Shown piece after piece: positions 58,116-64,000 of a stretch of DNA of 64,000 nucleotides. Numbering within the stretch: position 1 is the first letter of the stretch; every line of letters starts with the position of its first letter. The DNA is taken from assembly GCA_031962025.1 (NCBI GenBank), contig JAVRKW010000001.1; one strand, written 5' to 3'. Both the position numbers and the translations under genes were made by a program. The notes under the pieces were generated by a model, which saw only the letters and a list, made by a program, of their open reading frames with translations, made no database searches and was not told the DNA's origin. This stretch comes from Pseudothermotoga sp. Its GTDB lineage: Bacteria > Thermotogota > Thermotogae > Thermotogales > DSM-5069.

Positions 58116-58673
58116 GTGGTAGAAGTTGGTGATCTGAAAAAAGGTATGGTTATAATGGTCGACGGAGAACCATACCGTGTGATCGACGTGAACAAGCATC
58201 ACATGGCAATGGGAAGAGGTATCATCAGAACGAGGTTGAAAAGCGTCAAAACCGGTCTGGTTAAAGACGTCAATTTCAGCAGCGGCGAGCGTGTCGACGA
58301 AGCAAATTTAACCTTTAAAGCTGCACAGTATTTGTACAACGACGGCGATCACTACTATTTCATGGCTCTGGATGATTATGAACAGTACGCACTCACAGAA
58401 GATGATATTCAGGACGCAAAGTGGTATTTGATCGAAAATCTCGAGGTCAGCATAGTGTTCCTGGAGGACAAACCCATAGGTATACAATTACCAAATGTTG
58501 TTGTGCTGAAAATCGTAGAGACTGAACCAACTTTTAAAGGTGACACCGTCTCAGGTGGAGGTAAACCAGCCACACTTGAAACAGGTTTAAAAATCACCGT
58601 GCCATTCTTTGTCGAAAATGGTGAACTTGTGAAAGTGGATACGAGAACAGGTGAATATGTTGAACGCGCATAG
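58116..58673 (+). CDS. efp: Elongation factor P
   Basis: [43 protein letters not shown]. Confidence 0.97.
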   Translation: MVEVGDLKKGMVIMVDGEPYRVIDVNKHHMAMGRGIIRTRLKSVKTGLVKDVNFSSGERVDEANLTFKAAQYLYNDGDHYYFMALDDYEQYALTEDDIQDAKWYLIENLEVSIVFLEDKPIGIQLPNVVVLKIVETEPTFKGDTVSGGGKPATLETGLKITVPFFVENGELVKVDTRTGEYVERA

Positions 58674-58684
58674 GAGGTGAAAAA

Positions 58685-59023
58685 ATGGAAACAAAAGGAA
58701 TGGGCAGTATCGATATTTCAGATGATGCCATAAAAGAGATTGCTTTGAGAAGCGTTTTTTCGACGCTTGAGATTGCAGACGAAAAAAAGCAAAAGAGAAT
58801 CAGAAAATCAATTGAGATTGACCGTTCTCCAGAGGATAATGTAACGATCAATTTGAAGATAACCGTCCCGTTCGGCAAATCCTTAGTTGAAGTAGCACAA
58901 AAGATCATGGAAAGAGTGAAAATGGATATCGAAAGAATGACAGAACTCCAGGTAGTTGCAGTGAACGTGACCATTGAAGATGTCGAAGAAGGAGAGGAAC
59001 AGAAAACCCAAGAAAAGGAGTGA
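58685..59023 (+). CDS. Asp23/Gls24 family protein
   Basis: GSIDISDDAI, IERMTELQVVAVNVTIEDV; typical efp-asp23-nusB synteny. Confidence 0.85.
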   Translation: METKGMGSIDISDDAIKEIALRSVFSTLEIADEKKQKRIRKSIEIDRSPEDNVTINLKITVPFGKSLVEVAQKIMERVKMDIERMTELQVVAVNVTIEDVEEGEEQKTQEKE

Positions 59024-59032
59024 TCATATCCT

Positions 59033-59455
59033 GTGACTCGTCGCAGTAAGATGAGGGACACCGTTTTCAAAACGATCTTTCAAAATGAGTTTCGGAATGA
59101 ATCCATAGATGTTTTACTGCAGGAGATCATGAACAACGAGAAAAACGATTCAATCAAAAACGATGTTGCAAGATATGTGCGCGGGATTTATGATAATCTG
59201 TCACAGATCGATGAAAAAATTTCTATCTGCCTTGAGAACTGGCATCTTGAAAGATTGTCGTCTGTGGACAGATCTATCCTGCGCTTAGGGACGTATGAAT
59301 TATTGTATGAGGAAGATGTACCAATAGAAGTTACTCTGGATGAAGCTGTTGAACTTGCAAAGAAATACGGAACGGAGAATAGCGGTAAATTTGTAAATGG
59401 TGTACTTGATAAGATAGCAAGATCTTTCGCACCAGAGGTGAAACACTACCTTTGA
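59033..59455 (+). CDS. nusB: Transcription antitermination factor NusB
   Basis: RRSKMR, WHLERL, DRSILR, DEAVELAKKYG, FVNGVLD. Confidence 0.96.
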   Translation: MTRRSKMRDTVFKTIFQNEFRNESIDVLLQEIMNNEKNDSIKNDVARYVRGIYDNLSQIDEKISICLENWHLERLSSVDRSILRLGTYELLYEEDVPIEVTLDEAVELAKKYGTENSGKFVNGVLDKIARSFAPEVKHYL

Positions 59456-59470
59456 AGGGGGGAAAGAAAG

Positions 59471-61132
59471 ATGTTGAATGATCTTCAAATAGCACGGGCA
59501 GCTAAGTTGAAACCCATCCAGGATATAGCAAAAGATCTCTCAATTCCAAAAGAGTATTTTCGAAATTATGGGGATTACATCGCCAAGATATCCCATAAAT
59601 TTTTGAGTACGCTGAATTCGACAAAAGGCAAACTAATAATAGTAACGGCTATGACACCGACTCCTGCTGGTGAAGGTAAAACTACAACGAGTATTGGTCT
59701 GTCAATGGCTTTAAATAGGCTTGGTTACAAGTCTTTTGTTACTTTGAGAGAGCCTTCATTGGGTCCAGTTTTTGGAGTGAAAGGCGGAGCGGCAGGTGGC
59801 GGGTACTCGCAGGTACTACCAATGGAGGACATAAATCTGCATTTCACAGGCGACATACATGCTGTATCCACAGCACACAATCTGATTTCTGCTATGATAG
59901 ATGCCCATATACGTTTCGAAAACGAGCTTGATATCGATTTAACCCGCATAACCTGGCCAAGGACTATGGATATGAACGATAGGGCTCTGAGGGATATTGT
60001 AGTTGGACTTGGAGGTCACGCAAATGGCTATCCAAGACAGGATCATTTTGTCATTACGGCGGCTTCGGAGATAATGGCTATACTGTGTCTATCTAAGGAC
60101 ATAGCCGATCTCAAAAAAAGATTGGGAAATATCGTCATTGGCTGGTCAAGATCAGGTAAACCAGTTACAGTTCATGAGCTTGGAGTCGAAGGTGCTGCTG
60201 CTGTTATTCTCAAAGACGCTATTGATCCAAATTTGGTACAGACGATTGAAAACACTCCTGCTTTGGTTCATGGTGGTCCGTTTGCAAACATTGCTCATGG
60301 TACAAATTCTATAATCGCCACGAAAATGGCACTTGGATTATCGGAGTATGTTGTCACAGAGACAGGTTTTGGGTCGGACCTTGGTGCAGAAAAATTCTTC
60401 GATTTTGTTGCACCACTTGCTGAACTTAAACCTGCTGCGGTAGTAATAGTCGCAACGATCAGGGCTATTAAGTACCACGGTGGAGTTTCCATCAAAGATC
60501 TTGGGACTGAGAATTTAGAAGCTATTGCCATGGGTATTGAAAACCTGAAAGCTCATATAGAAAATGTGAAAAAGTACAACCTTCCCATTGTTGTAGCGCT
60601 CAACAGATTCGACACAGATACCGAACGCGAGATACAGTATGTACTTGACTTTGTTGAGAAACTCGGTGTGAAAGCCTCGCTGAACGAAGCCTTTGTAAAG
60701 GGAAGTGAGGGAACCATAGATCTGGCGAAAAAAGTCATAGACATTGCAGATGAATCGAAGTTCAGTCCAATTTACAGTTGGGATCTACCAGTTGAGAAAA
60801 AAATAGAAATCCTTGCCAGAGAAATTTACCATGCAAAAGATGTTGTTTACACAAAAGATGCCGTTGATTCACTCAAGAAACTTTCAAAAGATGGTTTTTC
60901 GACTTTGCCTGTGATCGTTGCAAAAACTCAATATTCGCTATCAGATGATCCGTCCAAACTTGGTGCACCAAGCAATTATTCTTTCACTGTGAGAGATTTG
61001 AAATTATCTGCTGGTGCAGGTTTTGTTGTTGCGATTTGCGGCGATATCATGTTGATGCCTGGGCTTGGCAAAAGACCAAATGCCATCAACATAGACATTG
61101 ATGAAAATGGGAACATCACAGGTCTATTTTAG
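59471..61132 (+). CDS. fhs: Formate--tetrahydrofolate ligase
   Basis: [45 protein letters not shown]. Confidence 0.97.
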   Translation: MLNDLQIARAAKLKPIQDIAKDLSIPKEYFRNYGDYIAKISHKFLSTLNSTKGKLIIVTAMTPTPAGEGKTTTSIGLSMALNRLGYKSFVTLREPSLGPVFGVKGGAAGGGYSQVLPMEDINLHFTGDIHAVSTAHNLISAMIDAHIRFENELDIDLTRITWPRTMDMNDRALRDIVVGLGGHANGYPRQDHFVITAASEIMAILCLSKDIADLKKRLGNIVIGWSRSGKPVTVHELGVEGAAAVILKDAIDPNLVQTIENTPALVHGGPFANIAHGTNSIIATKMALGLSEYVVTETGFGSDLGAEKFFDFVAPLAELKPAAVVIVATIRAIKYHGGVSIKDLGTENLEAIAMGIENLKAHIENVKKYNLPIVVALNRFDTDTEREIQYVLDFVEKLGVKASLNEAFVKGSEGTIDLAKKVIDIADESKFSPIYSWDLPVEKKIEILAREIYHAKDVVYTKDAVDSLKKLSKDGFSTLPVIVAKTQYSLSDDPSKLGAPSNYSFTVRDLKLSAGAGFVVAICGDIMLMPGLGKRPNAINIDIDENGNITGLF

Positions 61133-61143
61133 GGGATGATCCC

Positions 61144-61965
61144 ATGTTGATAGATTGTAAATCTATAGCACAATCAATAGATGCTGAAACTTTGTCTTTA
61201 CTGGAGAAAACTTCAAAAAAACCAAAGTTCGTGAGCATTGCAGTAAAACCAGACCAGGGTACAATTTCTTACCTGAAAAGTCAAAAGAAAAAGGCACAAT
61301 CTCTTGGCATTGAATGTGAAATGATAAACCTGGAAGATTCATCATTACTCGAAGAAACTCTGACGAAAGCTTCTCGGGACGAGTCCATCTGTGGAATATT
61401 CGTGTCGCACCCTTTGCCAGCAGAAGTTGATGAAATGAAGATAGCTGGATCTATAGATGCAAACAAAGATATTGAAGGGAGAAATCCTTTGAATCTTGGA
61501 TATCTTGCCTATGGTATAGAAGACTTTGCACCATGTACTGCTGCGGCAGTTGTGAAAATTCTCACTTCAGTCACTGATTTAGTGGGTAAGAATGTTGTTG
61601 TTATCGGAAGAAGTACCACAGTTGGATTACCCGTCTCGATTATGCTTTTAAGGCGCGATAGAAGCGCTACTGTTACGGTATGTCACAGCAAGACAAGGGA
61701 TATCCAAAAGATAACTGAAGAAGCAGATGTGGTAATTGTCGCAGTTGGAAAGGCTGGTTTTTTAACACCGGAAATGGTTCGCGATGGTTCGATTGTTATA
61801 GATGTTGGAATAAACGTGATCGATGGAAAAGTATTTGGAGATGTAGATAAGTGTGTTCAGCAAAAAGCACTTGTAACTCCTGTCCCAGGTGGAGTTGGAG
61901 TTGTGACAACATCCATTTTGATGAACAGGGTTGTGAGAAATGCTCTGAGAGGTGGTATGAATTGA
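61144..61965 (+). CDS. folD: Methylenetetrahydrofolate dehydrogenase (FolD family)
   Basis: PCTA, GRSTTVGLP, ATVTVCHS, DVGIN, TPVPGGVG. Confidence 0.94.
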   Translation: MLIDCKSIAQSIDAETLSLLEKTSKKPKFVSIAVKPDQGTISYLKSQKKKAQSLGIECEMINLEDSSLLEETLTKASRDESICGIFVSHPLPAEVDEMKIAGSIDANKDIEGRNPLNLGYLAYGIEDFAPCTAAAVVKILTSVTDLVGKNVVVIGRSTTVGLPVSIMLLRRDRSATVTVCHSKTRDIQKITEEADVVIVAVGKAGFLTPEMVRDGSIVIDVGINVIDGKVFGDVDKCVQQKALVTPVPGGVGVVTTSILMNRVVRNALRGGMN

Positions 61966-62948
61966 GAGTACTGAGTGGTGTCAGACCGACTGGAAAACCA
62001 CACATAGGTAATTACATAGGAGCTCTGAAAAATTGGAAAAAACTTCAAGACGAAGGACATGAATGCTTCTATTTTGTAGCTGACTGGCACGCTTTGACCA
62101 CTTCTTATGATGAAACTAAGGAGTTAAAATCCCATACAAGAGAAGTCATGAGATCTTTTCTTGCCTGTGGACTTGATCCGGAAAAGTCCACACTTTTTGT
62201 GCAGTCTGCAGTAAAAGAACATTCTGAACTGGCACTTTTGTTTTCTATGATAGTCCCTCTTTCATGGCTCGAAAGGGTACCAACATACAAAGAGATGAAA
62301 CAGCAACTCTCTGAAAAGGATCTTTCAAATGCGGGTTTTCTGCTATATCCCGTACTACAAGCGGCTGACATATTGATCTACATGGCTGAAGGAGTACCGG
62401 TTGGAGAAGATCAGGTGTATCACGTCGAACTCACCAGAGAGATTGCAAGAAGATTCAACTTCCTCTATGGCGAGCTTTTCCCGGAACCGCAATCTTTACT
62501 GTCTATCGTGCCGAAATTACCCGGTACAGACGGCAGAAAGATGAGTAAGAGCTATGGCAACATAATACCACTTGAAAACAGCTTTGCCGATCTTGAGAAA
62601 AAAATACTTCCAATGATGACCGACCCAGCCAGAAAGAGAAGAACAGACCCTGGTGATCCCGAAAAATGTCCAGTTTGGAATTATCACATAGCATTTGGAA
62701 TAAATGAACAGGACAGTCAGTGGGTTATCGAAGGATGTACTAAGGCAAAGATAGGATGCATAGACTGTAAGAAATTGTTACTGAAAAACATGAAGAGAGA
62801 ACTTGAACCAATTTGGGAAAAGTACGGTGAAATTGATTCAGACCCACACTATGTGGATGACGTTATAGCTAAGGGTAATGAAAAAGCAAGATTGATTGCG
62901 CAAAAAACCATGCAGTGCGTCAGAGAAAAAATGAATCTGCTTTTCTGA
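61962..62948 (+). CDS. trpS: Tryptophan--tRNA ligase
   Basis: SGVRPTG, HIGN, YPVLQAADIL, VPVGEDQ, KMSKS; TTG start overlapping the folD stop. Confidence 0.97.
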   Translation: MRVLSGVRPTGKPHIGNYIGALKNWKKLQDEGHECFYFVADWHALTTSYDETKELKSHTREVMRSFLACGLDPEKSTLFVQSAVKEHSELALLFSMIVPLSWLERVPTYKEMKQQLSEKDLSNAGFLLYPVLQAADILIYMAEGVPVGEDQVYHVELTREIARRFNFLYGELFPEPQSLLSIVPKLPGTDGRKMSKSYGNIIPLENSFADLEKKILPMMTDPARKRRTDPGDPEKCPVWNYHIAFGINEQDSQWVIEGCTKAKIGCIDCKKLLLKNMKRELEPIWEKYGEIDSDPHYVDDVIAKGNEKARLIAQKTMQCVREKMNLLF

Positions 62949-62957
62949 GGTGATCTG

Positions 62958-63644
62958 TTGGAACTTGTATTTCGTTTGCAGGAATTCGAAGGTCCATTGG
63001 ATCTACTGCTCTATCTTGTTAAAAAGCGCAAGATAAGTGTGCGCCAGATTTCTATTTCCCAGTTGGCTGATGAATTTGTTGCGTATGTCGAACAAATGAA
63101 AAAATTCGACTTGAACATCACCTCTGATTTCATTGCGATGGCAACTCAACTGATGGAGATGAAATCCAAATACATTCTTCCTTCGCTGACTGAGAAGGAA
63201 ACAAAGCAACTGGCACAGCAGGAGGAAGATCTCTATAGAAGAATCGAGATGTACGAGAAGATAAAGCAGTTGAGCGAGCAGATCAAAGAAAGAGTCAAAG
63301 ACATCGGAGCCAGACAGTTAGTGAGACTTCCGTCATTACCGCAAATCGAGCAGGAGAAATTGAATAAGGTTCTCCAGGCTGCTTTACAAGAACTGAATAT
63401 CCGCAGAGCTGTTTACAAAATAAGAAGACAGAGTTTGACCGTGGAGCAGGCTATGAGCAGAGTGCTTGATTTATTAATGGGCAATGACAACGTTGCTTTG
63501 TACGATATTCTTAAATCAGGCGAGAACCGCTATCAGATGATAGTCTATCTTTTGGCAGTCCTCGAATTACTTTTTTTCAAAAAAATTTTGCTTTTCGAGG
63601 TCGATGGAAATCTCATTTTGAGGAGGAATGACCTTGAACCTTAA
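62958..63644 (+). CDS. scpA: Segregation and condensation protein A
   Basis: FEGPLDLLLYL, FIAMA..LMEMKS..LP, LAVLEL. Confidence 0.93.
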   Translation: MELVFRLQEFEGPLDLLLYLVKKRKISVRQISISQLADEFVAYVEQMKKFDLNITSDFIAMATQLMEMKSKYILPSLTEKETKQLAQQEEDLYRRIEMYEKIKQLSEQIKERVKDIGARQLVRLPSLPQIEQEKLNKVLQAALQELNIRRAVYKIRRQSLTVEQAMSRVLDLLMGNDNVALYDILKSGENRYQMIVYLLAVLELLFFKKILLFEVDGNLILRRNDLEP

Positions 63645-64000
63645 AGCCTTGGTCGAGGCTTTGATCTTTGCCGCACGTGGCATGACCTTAGAAAAGCTTG
63701 CAAAAATAACCGGCAGTGATATGGAAGCTGTTGCAAAAGCCGTGGATGAATTGGTTCAGGAATATAGTAGCCAGGACCACGGTGTGGAATTGAAAAAAGT
63801 CGGCGATGTGTATCGTTTCTACACAAAACCAGAATATTCTCAAGTAATTAGCAAAACAACAAAGACCTTTTATGCAAAACTTTCTTCAAGCCAGATGGAG
63901 ATAATCGCAGCAATACTTTTAAATGGTCCTTCTACGATACAGGCGCTCAATGAATTGAGAGGGAAAGATTCCAGTGCGGTAGTTAGATCTTTGCACAAAT
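63634..64000 (+). CDS. scpB: Segregation and condensation protein B (runs off the window end)
   Basis: Hand translation MNLKALVEALIFAARG...GVELKKVGDVYRFYTKPEY...LSSSQMEIIA...LRGKDS; follows scpA. Confidence 0.88.
   Translation, partial: MNLKALVEALIFAARGMTLEKLAKITGSDMEAVAKAVDELVQEYSSQDHGVELKKVGDVYRFYTKPEYSQVISKTTKTFYAKLSSSQMEIIAAILLNGPSTIQALNELRGKDSSAVVRSLHK

Noticed and set aside
1..64000. CRISPR arrays, tRNA/rRNA genes, prophage or integrase
   Set aside because: No spaced repeats, cloverleaf or rRNA-like stretches, or phage genes seen; intergenic gaps are short. Checked by eye only

Overview
A 64 kb, gene-dense, AT-rich chromosomal segment of an anaerobic bacterium. Gene content and protein sequences point to Thermotogota, probably Pseudothermotoga-like (inference from recalled homologues; no search was run). 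Most genes are housekeeping: cysS, glyA, hisS, prmA, speDE, rnr, gatAB, mnmA, hemW, gnd, efp, nusB, fhs, folD, trpS, scpAB, nth and rnhC, plus two ABC importers. No rRNA, tRNA or CRISPR array was found. Main points of interest: (1) an nqrBCDEF operon with no nqrA and an N-terminally shortened NqrB, followed by an unknown Cys/His protein, so the electron acceptor is unknown; (2) a 1347-aa pseudokinase-STAND-helical repeat-GGDEF protein overlapped by a DHH phosphodiesterase gene and rnr; (3) a 416-bp internally deleted IS200/IS605 element with both ends, an in-frame mini-TnpB and a probable omegaRNA region, inserted into a terminator that re-forms when the element is removed; (4) a sigmaE-like operon with a consensus autoregulatory promoter that runs into a radical SAM-HhH gene; (5) an HD-GYP sensor gene broken by a 5-bp duplication; (6) apparent non-canonical starts (CTG in hisS, ACG in nth); (7) an EF-P with Met at the normally modified loop tip; (8) a FolD lacking the cyclohydrolase residues; (9) a 45-aa OadG-like ORF missed by the ORF track. 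Several start coordinates were re-assigned by hand from Shine-Dalgarno position.
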